Under the pieces are notes generated by a model, which ran no database searches, was not told the origin of the DNA, and saw only the letters and a program-made list of their open reading frames with translations. Positions 11,092 to 21,599 of a stretch of 41,796 nucleotides of DNA are shown one piece after another. Numbering within the stretch: position 1 is the first letter of the stretch; every line of letters starts with the position of its first letter. Origin of the DNA: Octopus bimaculoides (lineage: Eukaryota). Made by a program: the position numbers and the translations under genes. Where the stretch lies: contig NC_068990.1 in assembly GCF_001194135.2 (NCBI RefSeq), forward strand, positions 25,825,360-25,867,155, in the 5' to 3' direction.

Positions 11092-11111
11092 TCACTGCCT
11101 AGAATCGAACT
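10858..11111 (-). mobile_element. Short repeat family H3: B-box, (AAT)n, then hammerhead relic
   Basis: Minus strand reads GTTCGATTC (B-box), (AAT)n, then aacac-CTGATGA-A-AGCTG-gagggtctat-CAGCT-GAAA-G-gtgtt at 10973-10931. Confidence 0.65.
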
Positions 11112-11565
11112 ACTACTCCAAAATTCCAAGTTCAATTCCAGGCAGTGACCTGAATAATNNNNNNNNNNNNNNNNNNNNNNNNNNNNNNNNNNNNNNNNNN
11201 NNNNNNNNNNNNNNNNNNNNNNNNNNNNNNNNNNNNNNNNNNNNNNNNNNNNNNNNNNNNNNNNNNNNNNNNNNNNNNNNNNNNNNNNNNNNNNNNNNNN
11301 NNNNNNNNNNNNNNNNNNNNNNNNNNNNNNNNNNNNNNNNNNNNNNNNNNNNNNNNNNNNNNNNNNNNNNNNNNNNNNNNNNNNNNNNNNNNNNNNNNNN
11401 NNNNNNNNNNNNNNNNNNNNNNNNNNNNNNNNNNNNNNNNNNNNNNNNNNNNNNNNNNNNNNNNNNNNNNNNNNNNNNNNNNNNNNNNNNNNNNNNNNNN
11501 NNNNNNNNNNNNNNNNNNNNNNNNNNNNNNNNNNNNNNNNNNNNNNNNNNNNNNNNNNNNNNNNN

Positions 11566-11616
<51 letters not shown>

Positions 11617-11759
11617 GTACATATGTATATGTATATATATATATATGTGTGTGTGTATATATATGTGTGTGTGTGTGTGTAGATACAGATATACACACAT
11701 TCATCATACATGCATAATACATATACACACACATGCAATCTGATTCAATGACATCAATT

Positions 11760-13165
11760 CAGAAAATCAGTGCACCAGGACTGCTGGGTCACCATGAACG
11801 CACTCACATGATTCACAGCGCCACAAACAAGGGCAGCAGTGATATTTACAAACCAGAGGGAAAAATCAGCAGATTGAAGAATAAAATTGTGTGACAAAAA
11901 TTAGTGAGATTTAGGAAGTTGATGTGCATGGGTAGCATGGTGGTGATGGGGAATGGGGTGAGAAGCAAAGCAAAGGAAGTTGTTACAGAACATATGAAGA
12001 ATGCAGCCAGTCATGCTGTGATTTCTCCTGAGAATGGTGTACAATGTGCTTCCATCCCATGGGTGGGGATGAGTATGAGAGTGGTGGAGGATACGGTGAT
12101 GCTGCCAATTGTCACTGGTGTTGAGGTTATGTTTTGCTAAAGGATATTCTGTCATTATTGCAAGTCGTGTCTGGTAGAATATTTTTGCTGGCATAAGCAA
12201 GTATGGAACTTCCATCCTGGTGTTCTACATACAACAACAATACGCTGCCATCAATGATGATGGGAACCATCATGATGCTGCGTTCTGCTGTTTTCTGTAA
12301 GGAAGACAGGAAATAGCAATGCCAGGAATGAGTAACTGGAAAGAGTCATGTGAAATTAGGAGAATTATGTGCATTTCCAAATCAGCTGAGTGACCCATCT
12401 CTGGATGCATTCAAGCATGTCAGTGTATGTAGCAATAACACTGTCCCAGAGCTGGGAGCAATACCATACTGTGGGTCTCATTTGAGTCCGGTAGAATGTC
12501 AGCAATTGTTGGGGGCTGAAATATCTTCAGTCAGTGATCTTTCAGAGAAAGAATATCAAAATTGAAAGTATTTGTTTGGCAATTTCAATGAAAAGAAAGT
12601 ATATCAAATTACAATTTGATATAATTTCTCTGAAAGATCGCCTCTTCTGACCCTAAAGAGAAGGGCTAGTCTTTGTGATGCAATCCTAGCTGTATTAAGG
12701 ATGTGTTTTTGTCACAAGAAATCTTTGATGGCAGTGAAGCCAAGCATATGGAGTAGAGCTCTAGTTGAGGGCCACTCATACTTAATGGAGTGAGGCATGG
12801 TACAGTGGTGTTTTCTTCATATAAGTAGTGCTTCAGTGCATGACCCATCTTGAGGATGCTCTCAAGATTTCTGTTTATGAAATCTATGCAAATTTGGCAT
12901 GTCGTGCCTGGGGTGTTGCTCCCCCCCACGTCCCCTCTTCCGGTGAGTGCCTTGACCATTGACGTCATGACCCTCTTCTTCTGGCTCATCTCCACAGGTG
13001 GATATGGAATGTGGATGAGTGATGGTGAGGAAGGAATGAAGGGTTGTGTTGTCTGCATAAGAGTGGTTGTTATTGGATGCAGCAGCAAATAGACCAATGA
13101 GATGCAGATGGAAGAGATTGGCGAGAGATACAAGGGGTGGGGGTGAAAAGTTCCTAGCTTTAAGG
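11760..13165 (-). mobile_element. Degraded CR1/Jockey-like non-LTR retrotransposon, RT region
   Basis: Frameshifted peptides LFHLHLIGLFAAASNNNHSYADNTTLH (YADD-like), QICIDFINRNLESIL, LHMLGF...KHILNTARIASQRLALLFRVRR and YFSPQQLLTFYRTQMRPTVWYCSQLW. Clade not resolvable by eye. Confidence 0.8.
12529..12642. other. 114-bp fold-back insertion interrupting the LINE RT, flanked by TCTTC direct repeats
   Basis: Splits codons VRR|YFSP; inverted ends gatctttcagagaaa/tttctctgaaagatc; tcttc at 12524-12528 and 12643-12647. Confidence 0.75.
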
Positions 13166-13169
13166 GTGT

Positions 13170-13353
13170 CGTGAAAGGCCTGACTGGAGGCCCCACCTTC
13201 CGAATTCTTTTACAGGGCTTAGAAAAACTGAAGGACCGCTGCAATAAGTGTGTGAATCTGAGAAGGGAATATGTTGAATAAAATCATAATTAACTGATCC
13301 TCCTGTATTTTCCTTTACCCCAAAAGCCAGGAAATTCTCAGCACCACCTTGTA
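13170..13353 (+). mobile_element. Mariner 3' end fragment
   Basis: LQGLEKLKDRCNKCVNLRREYVE* followed by TIR-like gccaggaaattctcagcaccaccttg-TA. Confidence 0.75.
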
Positions 13354-13369
13354 TTGATATATGGAAGCA

Positions 13370-13944
13370 GTGCATGACCTTCAAACATTGGGCCTCACCG
13401 AGGCAATGATGAGTGACCGAGACCTTTGGAGATATACTGTGCTTGAGAAGACCCGGCAAGTCAAGTGAGACCACAACCATGGCCTATGCCATTGCTGTAT
13501 AACCAGCCTATTTAAGAGTACCCTTCAATCATTGGGCAATAAAATGCACTTGCAAAGACCTGTTGAGTCAAGTGAAGTCATTGTCATAGCCGATGACAGT
13601 ACCACCTGATTGGCAACTGTGCTAGTGGAACATTAAAAGCACCATTTGAGTGTGATCATTGCCAGGGCCGCTGACTGACTCCCGTGCTTGTGGCATGTAA
13701 AAAGCACCATTTGAGCATGGTCGATGCCAGTACTGCCTGACTGGCTCTCATGCCGGTGGCACATAAAAGCACTCACTACACTCTCAGAGTAGTTGGTGTT
13801 AGGAAGGGCATCCAGCTGTAAAAACTTTGCCAGATAAGACTGGAACCTGGTGCAGCCTTCTGGCTTGCCAGTCCTAAGTCAAACCGTCCAACTCATGCCA
13901 GCATGGAAAGCGGATGTTAAATGATGACAACGATGATGATGATA
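13370..13944 (+). mobile_element. RTE LINE 3' fragment (ORF end, 3' UTR, (GAT)n tail)
   Basis: HDLQTLGLTEAMMSDRDLWRYTVLEKTRQVK*; homologous to 17500-17963. Confidence 0.85.
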
Positions 13945-13945
13945 T

Positions 13946-14310
13946 TGGGTCATTCCATAAATAATGCAGGTTTTTTATACTTCTTTTATTTTTCAAAATT
14001 AAGATAAACAATGTTCTTTTTCTCCCTTCATTTTCTACAATGCTCTTCCATCTATCTGGTAGACTTGAAAAGCCCTGCTTCCAAAATTCACTTATCCGTG
14101 ATGAAAAATATTCCTCCAGTACTGTTCTGATCTCGTCTACAGAATTCATATTTTTTCAGTCCGAATGATTTTGAAAACTGCGGGATAAATGACAATCAGA
14201 TGGGGCAATGTCTGGCAAATATGGTGGATGGGGCATCGTTTCCCATTGAAACTGCTCCAGCCTTAGGAATGTCACCCTCACTGTATGTGGTCAAGCATTC
14301 ACACCACAAG
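13946..14310 (-). mobile_element. Mariner transposase C-terminal fragment with 3' end
   Basis: LEQFQWETMPHPPYLPDIAPSDCHLSRSFQN (HPPYSPDLAPSD motif), then SVDEIRTVLEEYFSS...LPDRWKSIVENEG. Confidence 0.88.
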
Positions 14311-15227
14311 ACCCCTTTGAATGAATAGCAGATGGAATCTACATCTCCACACTTTCCATTTGTGATGATAAAATATGAACTCCTATTGGAATTTACCTAC
14401 CACAGACAAGAAGCATTTCTACCACTTCTACACACCACTTTCCTTGGATAATGGAACTGCAACTATAACATCTTACATATATTTCTATTTCTACTTTTAT
14501 TCGTTTATTTCCAGAAACAGCTGTAAGACTAACTTTTTCTTCTTATCAATGTCCTAAAGATTCCACACAGCCTTGACTTTGTTGTCTCGTTTTATTTTTC
14601 CTGAGCGTCAATCTAATACACCTGCTTGTTGTTTATACACCTGTCTTCATCATTTGTTTTTCTGTAAATTTCAACCATATATATATATATATACACATGA
14701 GTAAGTGGACAAATGAAAGAAGGGCACTGGGGTCTACCAGCATTCTTAAAGACATTTATATTGCATATATACATGCATGTATGTATACATGCACACACAC
14801 ATAAGTGCAAATACATATACTATCCTCACGGCAGGAAATTGGCACCTTCACCATTGGTGAGAAATTTATAAAATAAAGCCAGGAAAACATACACACATAC
14901 ATACACACACACAAACACATACATACCTACTGAAATACAAACATATATATTCATATACAAACATACATGCATACATACATATAGATAGACATGCATACAT
15001 GTATATATGCATATGTGTATAAATATAATATATATAAATATATCTACATAGATTCATACATAAATATACATATATGCACATACATGCATGCAAATAGATT
15101 ATAAACACACACACACGTAAATTCTACATAAACTAAGCCCCCCTGCACTATAAATACTAGGGGTCAATGTAATCAACAAATCTCGTCTTTTTAGATATAC
15201 CTGGCCTTGTGCCAAGAATTTGAATCC

Positions 15228-15475
15228 ATTATTATTGTTGTTGTTGTTGTTATTATTATTATTGTTGTTATTGTTATTATCATTATTATTATTAATGTTA
15301 TTTTTGTTGTTATTGTTAGTAATATTATTATAATTATTATCATTATTATTATTATTATTGTTGTTGCTGTTGTTGTTGTTATTATTGTTATTTTTATTTT
15401 TATGTTATGATAGTTGTATTATTATTATTATCATCATCATCATCATCATCATCGTTGTTGTTGTAGTTGTTATTT
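15228..15475. repeat. Compound (ATT)/(GTT)/(ATC) trinucleotide microsatellite
   Basis: Read directly; explains the I/V/L homopolymer ORFs. Confidence 0.95.
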
Positions 15476-15777
15476 TTACAGATTCAGTTTACTTTAATAA
15501 TCTAATGGAGTCTTTTAAGTCGTACTTTGAAACTCCTTGGCTCATTCATGCACGAAGATGTTAGCAAAAACATATCTATTTGGCATTTCCTGGAGGAATT
15601 CTCCCAGTTGCCATTCTTCTTTGATTTGTTGCTCAATGATGATGACTAGACCAGTTCTGGCTCAGGTACAGGTAAGAAAAAGAAAAAGAAAAAAAAATGG
15701 CAAGAAAACGGCAAGAAAAAGGTGTGTGGCAATGTGTTTATGTGCCATGAATTTGGTAAAAACAATTCACACAGACA

Positions 15778-16052
15778 CTCCCAGCCACATGGTTCCAAGT
15801 TCAGTCCCACTGCATGGTACCTTAGGCAAGTGTCTTCTACTATATGCCAGCTCCGGTTAAACTGTCCAACCCATGCCAGCATGGAAAATGGACATTAAAT
15901 GATGATGATGATGACAATAGGCTTCTTTCAGTTTCTGTCTACCAAATCCATTCACAAGGCTTTGGTCAGCCCAAGACTATAGTAGAAGACACTTGCCCAA
16001 GGTGCCATGCTGTGGGATTGAACCCAGAATGACATGGTTGGGAAGCAAAGTT
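15778..16052. mobile_element. SINE-B head (+, 15778-15845), RTE tail (+, 15857-15915), SINE-B 5' half (-, 15919-16052)
   Basis: ccacatggttccaagttcagtcccactgcatggtaccttaggcaagtgtcttctactata and its inverted homologue. Confidence 0.8.
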
Positions 16053-16190
16053 ATGAACAGCATATGAGACGATTCAGCAGTCATCAGCAGGTCAGATAGG
16101 ATGAACTCCTCCTCATTGTATTCATTTTAATTCTGTATACTCTGAGTTCTAATCCTGCCAATCCCAACATTGCTTTTTTTTTTTTTGTGC

Positions 16191-16251
16191 CTATGGATGA
16201 CTCATCAAACCCTAATGCTTCTGCCATTAGCATCTGACGAGTCGTCCACAG
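16191..16251 (-). other. 61-nt hairpin, 27-position stem with 7-nt loop
   Basis: ctatggatgactcatcaaaccctaatg-cttctgc-cattagcatctgacgagtcgtccacag; 25 of 27 positions pair on the minus strand when G-U is allowed. Confidence 0.7.
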
Positions 16252-16504
16252 GGCCAAGCGCCTTAAGGATTTAAAACCATTGGTCACTCCATGACCGGAC
16301 ATATACCTAACTACTTGTAAACAAAACACACACACACACACACATACACACACACACATGCACAGACACACACACACACACACACACAGAGATACATATA
16401 CATATATACACCATAGTGGTATACATATATACATTCATACACTCAGATACACACACATATAAAAACCACTTATTTTACATATACACATATATGTATATAT
16501 CCCC

Positions 16505-17963
16505 CTCTTGGTCATCATAGTCCTCCAGGCAATAAGAGAGGAATTCAAGACAGGCTGCCCCTGGGAGCTCCTCTATGCTGATGACCTTGCTCTTATTGCT
16601 GAATCACTATCAGAACTAAAGAAATTCCAGGTATGGAAACAAGGTCTAGAATCGAAGAGCCTTAGAGTTAACCTAGCAAAAACCAAAGTCTTAGTAAGTA
16701 GGAAGGCAGACAAATCACAAATCCCTTCAGGTANNNNNNNNNNAAAAACCAAAGTCTTAGTAAGTAGGAAGGCAGACAAATCACAAATCCCTTCAGGTAG
16801 ATGGCCCTGCTTGATCTGTAGAAATGGTGTAGGTAGAAACTCCATAAGATGCTCCCGGTGTAAGCTTTAGACACAAAAGGTGCAGCAATATCAGAGGAGG
16901 ATTTACAGGGAAACTAGCTTTTGTATGTGGAACATGCACAGGTAGAATAAACGCTGAAAATGTGCAGAAAATAGACTCCATCAACTGCCAGTGGGGCAAA
17001 GTAGAGGTAGTAGATAGCTTCTGTTATCTAGGTAACCAAGTTAGTAGTGGAGGTTGATGCTCCGAGAGCGTAGCTGTGAGAATAAGATTAGGATGGGAAA
17101 AGTTCTGAGAGCTCCTATCCCTGCTGGCAACAAAGGGCCTCTCTCTCAGAGTGAAAGGCAGATTGTTTGATGCCTGTGTGTGAACAGCCATGCTGCATGG
17201 CAGTGAAACACGGGCTGTGACAGTTGAGGACATGTGTAGGCTTGAAAGAAATGAAGCCAGTATGCTTTGCCGGATGTGCAATGTCAGTGTGCATGTTCGA
17301 CAGAGTGTTAGCATCTTGAGAGAAAAGTTGGGCATAAGAGGCATCAGATGCAGTGTGCAAGAGAGATGACTGCGCTGGTATGGTCTGGTGATGCGTATGG
17401 ACAAGACATCTGTGTAAAGAAGTGCTGATCTCTAACTGTGGAAGAAACCTGTGGAAGAGGTAGACCCAGGAAGATGTGAGATGAGGTGGTGAAACATGAT
17501 CTCTGAACTTTGAGCCTCACAAAGGCAATGACTGGTGACCGAGACCTTTGGGAATATGCCATGCTTGAGAGGACTCATCAAGCCAAGTGAAATCATAATC
17601 ATGGGAACTGGTACCTGTGCTGGTAACACATAAAGAACATCTTTCGAGCATTGGGTCTCATGGAGGCAAAGTGGCTGAGTTCCTTTTGAATGTTGGGCCT
17701 CATGGAAGCAATTATTGAGACCTTTGCCATTATGTCATGCTTGAAAAGATGACCCATCAAGCCGAGCAGTTGTGGTAGATATCAGTGTTATGTAAAAGCA
17801 CCCATTACACCCTTGGAGTGGTTGACGTCAGGAAGGGCATCCAGCCATAAAAAAACCATGCCAAATTAGACATGAGTCTGGTGCAGCCTTCCAGTGTGCC
17901 AGCCCAGTCAAACCATCCAACCCATGCCAGCATCGACAATAGACGTTAAATGATGATGATGAT
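16505..17963 (+). mobile_element. RTE-clade LINE, 5'-truncated, decayed RT plus 3' UTR and (GAT)n tail
   Basis: GCPWELLYADDLALIAES...LRVNLAKTKVLVS; EVVDSFCYLG; VKGRLFDACV; MLHGSET; LRWYGLVMRMD; in-frame stops and frameshifts. Confidence 0.93.
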
Positions 17964-17964
17964 A

Positions 17965-18106
17965 ATACACACACACACACACGCATATATTTATGTATGT
18001 ATACCTATCTATCTATTTTTTTATATATATATACATATGTGTATGTATATCTATATATACCTACACACACACACACACATATGTATATATACATATATAT
18101 ATATAG

Positions 18107-18150
<44 letters not shown>

Positions 18151-18457
18151 GTGACTAGATCTGTTTATATTTCTGTCTCAGTCTTTCTATGTGCATATGT
18201 GCTTGTGAGTGTATACATAAATATACACACACACACACGCACACACACACACACACACACATACACAGAAAGAAAGAGAGAGAGGGAGAAAGAAAGAGAG
18301 AGAGAAAGAGAGAGAGGGAGAAAGAAAGAGAGAGAGAAAGAGAGAGACAGAGATCTAAATAGATATAGTTATACATACATACATATGCACATACTGTATA
18401 TGTGTGTGCAAGTGAATATATATATATATATATATCTATTCATCTGTCTCTCTCTTG

Positions 18458-18489
<32 letters not shown>

Positions 18490-18490
18490 T
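17965..18490. repeat. Cluster of (CA)n, (TA)n, (CT)n and (GA)n microsatellites
   Basis: Read directly. Confidence 0.95.
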
Positions 18491-18823
18491 TAAGAGTGGG
18501 AGAGGGTTGCAGAAAGGAAGGAAGGGAGGGTGTGAGGGTGAGGAGATAGAAATCAAGGTCATGTTTCATGTGAAAGAACTCTGTGTCTATTTGTCTATTT
18601 GCTGCTGCTGCTGCGGCTGTTCTGGGAGAATACTGAGAAGCGATGCCAACAGAGGAGAGGAACAAACTGTGAAGATAAATAAAAAAATTCTGGCAGATTT
18701 TTACATTGACTGGCTGACTGGCTGAACAAGGGAGCAGGGGGAGGAAGAGGAAGAGGAGGGTCTGGTGAAAATTAGGGCAGAAAGCATTGGTAGAAGCAAA
18801 TGTGTGTGTGCATGTGCGCATGT

Positions 18824-18859
<36 letters not shown>

Positions 18860-19102
18860 TTGAGCGAATGGTGGTGGGGGAAGAGGTGAATGATGTATGG
18901 AAAATGTGGTGGGAATTATATATATATGAGTGAATGATGGTGGGGGAAGAGGTGAATGATGTATGGAAAATGTGNNNNNNNNNNNNNNNNNNNNNNNNNN
19001 NNNNNNNNNNNNNNNNNNNNNNNNNNNNNNNNNNNNNNNNNNNNNNNNNNNNNNNNNNNNNNNNNNNNNNNNNNNNNNNNNNNNNNNNNNNNNNNNNNNN
19101 NN

Positions 19103-19159
<57 letters not shown>

Positions 19160-19175
19160 TATATTACAACTGACA

Positions 19176-19482
19176 CTCCATCAGTTACGATGAAGTGTGT
19201 TCCAGTTGATCTGATCAGCCTTGCTCATGAAATTAACGTGCAAGTGGCTGAGCACTCCACAGACACGTGTAACCTTAATGTAGTTCTCAAGGAGATTCAG
19301 CATGACACAGAATGTGACAAGGCTGGCCCCTTTGAATTACAGGTACTACTCATTTTTGCCAGCTGAGCAGACTGGAGCAACGTGGAATAAAGTGTCATGC
19401 TCAATGACACAGTGCATCACTGGGTATCGAACTCACGACCTTATGATTATGAGCTGAATACCCTAACCGTAAAGCCACATAT
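19176..19482 (-). mobile_element. SINE family C (tRNA head plus CORE-like domain)
   Basis: Reverse complement has B-box gagttcgatacc and tgtgtcattgagcatgacac; colinear with 28155-28465. Confidence 0.85.
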
Positions 19483-19519
19483 CTTTTGCATATACACATA
19501 AATACATTCTTTTTTTTCT

Positions 19520-19710
19520 TATATTCTTTTATTTGTTTCAGTCATTTGACTGTGGCCATGCTGTAGCATGGCCTTTAGTCGAACAAATTGACTCCAGGAC
19601 TTATTCTTTGTAAGCCTAGTACTTATTCTATTGGTCTCTTTTGCCGAACCACTAGTTATGGGGACGTAAACACACCAGCATTGGTTGTCAAGTGATGGTG
19701 GTGGGGAATA
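19520..19710 (-). mobile_element. SINE-B 3' half
   Basis: gtttcagtcatttgactgtggccatgctg...gtaaacacaccagcattggttgtcaag matches 32190-32360. Confidence 0.85.
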
Positions 19711-19879
19711 AACGAAGATAGTGTCAATTAGGATGACTTTAGATAGGTGAGTATCTTTGTGTTGCAAATTCATGAGAGTAAGATACAAGGAAAGACACCG
19801 GATAAAAGAGAATGAATAGATAGAAATAACACAGGTATATTCGTTTTCTTTTTCAGTCACTGGACTATGGTCATTCTGA

Positions 19880-20708
19880 ACAGTTGCCATAGTAACGAAG
19901 CTAAAGCACACAGAGTGAAACCGTTTGGCACAGATTGACCTTGAGCACAGTTGTGCATGCGCACTAAGTTTTAACGTTCTAGCTCACTTCTACTGTTTAC
20001 AGCAGTGCTTGGAAGGAAAGTGTGTAGCGTGTGATCATCGCATTGGTCATGACAGGGTAAGTTGAGCAGAGAATCTGCATCAAATTTTGCCAGAATCTTG
20101 GACACAATCAAGGAGATCTTGTGCAACTGAAACCCAAGTGTCTTTTTGGTCAGCTGAAAGCAGTTTTGGCACAAATTCGGCAGACATGCATCTCATACCG
20201 AAATATTCAGTGATAATGGACTGAACTGAACCATAACTAATCTGCACATCCTCTGATAACTCACGGATGGTGATTCGACGATTTCACCTCACATCTGCAC
20301 ACACATCTGCACACACATCTGCGATGTTTTTCTCAGTTCTGCTGGTTGTGGGTCTCCCAAACGTTCGTCAATATCGACATTTTTTTGGCCATCTTGGAAA
20401 CGTCTGAACCACTCATACACTTGTCTGCAGCTCATACACTCCTCTCCATACACTTTCTGCAACTTTGTGTATGCCCCTGAGCATGTATTGCGATGACAGC
20501 TTTCTCTGTCATGGCCAATGCGACGATCACATGCTACACACCTTCCTTCCAAGCACTGCTGTAAACAGCAGAAGTGAGCTAGAACGTTAAAACTTAGTAC
20601 GCATGTACAGCAGAGTTCAAGGTCAATCTTTGCGAAGCGGCTTCACTCTGCGTGCTTTGGCTTTGTTACCATAGCAACAGTATAAATACTTATTGATCAG
20701 ACCTCGTA
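19880..20708. mobile_element. Mariner fold-back derivative made of two convergent 5' ends
   Basis: Right arm (minus): TA-CGAGGTCTGATCAATAAG TIR, then YTKLQKVYGEECMSCRQVYEWFRRFQDG...NRRITIRELSEDV...FVPKLLSADQK. Left arm (plus): same leader plus M...VEQRICIKFCQNLG. Confidence 0.85.
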
Positions 20709-20970
20709 TATATTCATATACATGCATACATGCATACATACATACATACATACAACCATACATCATAGACAGACATACATACACTAGCATACACATACAT
20801 GTGCATACATGCATATATATGTAGAAAAACAAAAGACAGAAAAGAACACGAGGAAATAAACAGTGAGAGAATAAAAGAAAAACTTTTGGAGCTAACTGTC
20901 AATCATGGTAGAAGCATGGAAGGTGTTTGCAAGCTATTTAAAAACAAACGAAAACTGTTAGATTCACTTC

Positions 20971-21095
20971 AACATTTAAATTTAATTTGTCAAAATATTT
21001 TCGTCGCTTTGAGACCGCGACCTGTTCACTGACAAAATTCCGTGCTGCATCTTTCAAAGCAACGAAAATATTTTGACAAATTAAATTGAAATGTT
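20971..21095. repeat. 42-bp inverted repeat (2 mismatches) with 41-nt spacer
   Basis: Arms at 20971-21012 and 21054-21095. Confidence 0.85.
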
Positions 21096-21599
21096 CCACG
21101 CTGCAATTGTTTTTGTTTCAGCACACGATCTCAGATCAGGTCACTTGCTATGCAAGTACATCTCCGTAATATATATATNNNNNNNNNNNNNNNNNNNNNN
21201 NNNNNNNNNNNNNNNNNNNNNTATACATACATACATACATACATAAATACACACATACATATACACATATACATCGACAAATATATTGACATACATACGT
21301 AGATATTCAAAAGAAGGCAACTTCAATCAAAGTTGTGCAGATAAATATTTAAAAACGAAAATAGCAAGAGGTATTAACACCTATACGCACTGACAAAAAT
21401 CTGTTTCTCTCTTATACATGATCATATTCGTACCGATACGCACAAACACGCTTACACCCTCATCTCACTCAACACAAATAGATTTATCTTTAGCAAGTGA
21501 AGAGAGCTGCTGAAGAATTATCACCTGAAAGATTTACCAAAGGAAATGGTATTAAGCTGGCAGCTTAACAACAGCCTCTTACCAAAGATATGTAGGCAG

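Noticed and set aside
12666-13244. 192-aa ORF as a host gene
   Set aside because: It is a mosaic of frameshifted LINE RT sequence and antisense mariner sequence.
16198-16243. Hammerhead ribozyme in the 16191 hairpin (CTGACGAGTC on +, TTGATGAGTC on -)
   Set aside because: No matching stem II partner or GAAA segment on either strand.
16678-16799. 56-bp direct duplication inside the RTE ORF
   Set aside because: The copies flank a 10-N gap, typical of an unmerged contig overlap.
18866-18974. 43-bp tandem duplication beside a gap
   Set aside because: Short, G-rich and abutting a gap; cannot be told apart from an assembly artefact.
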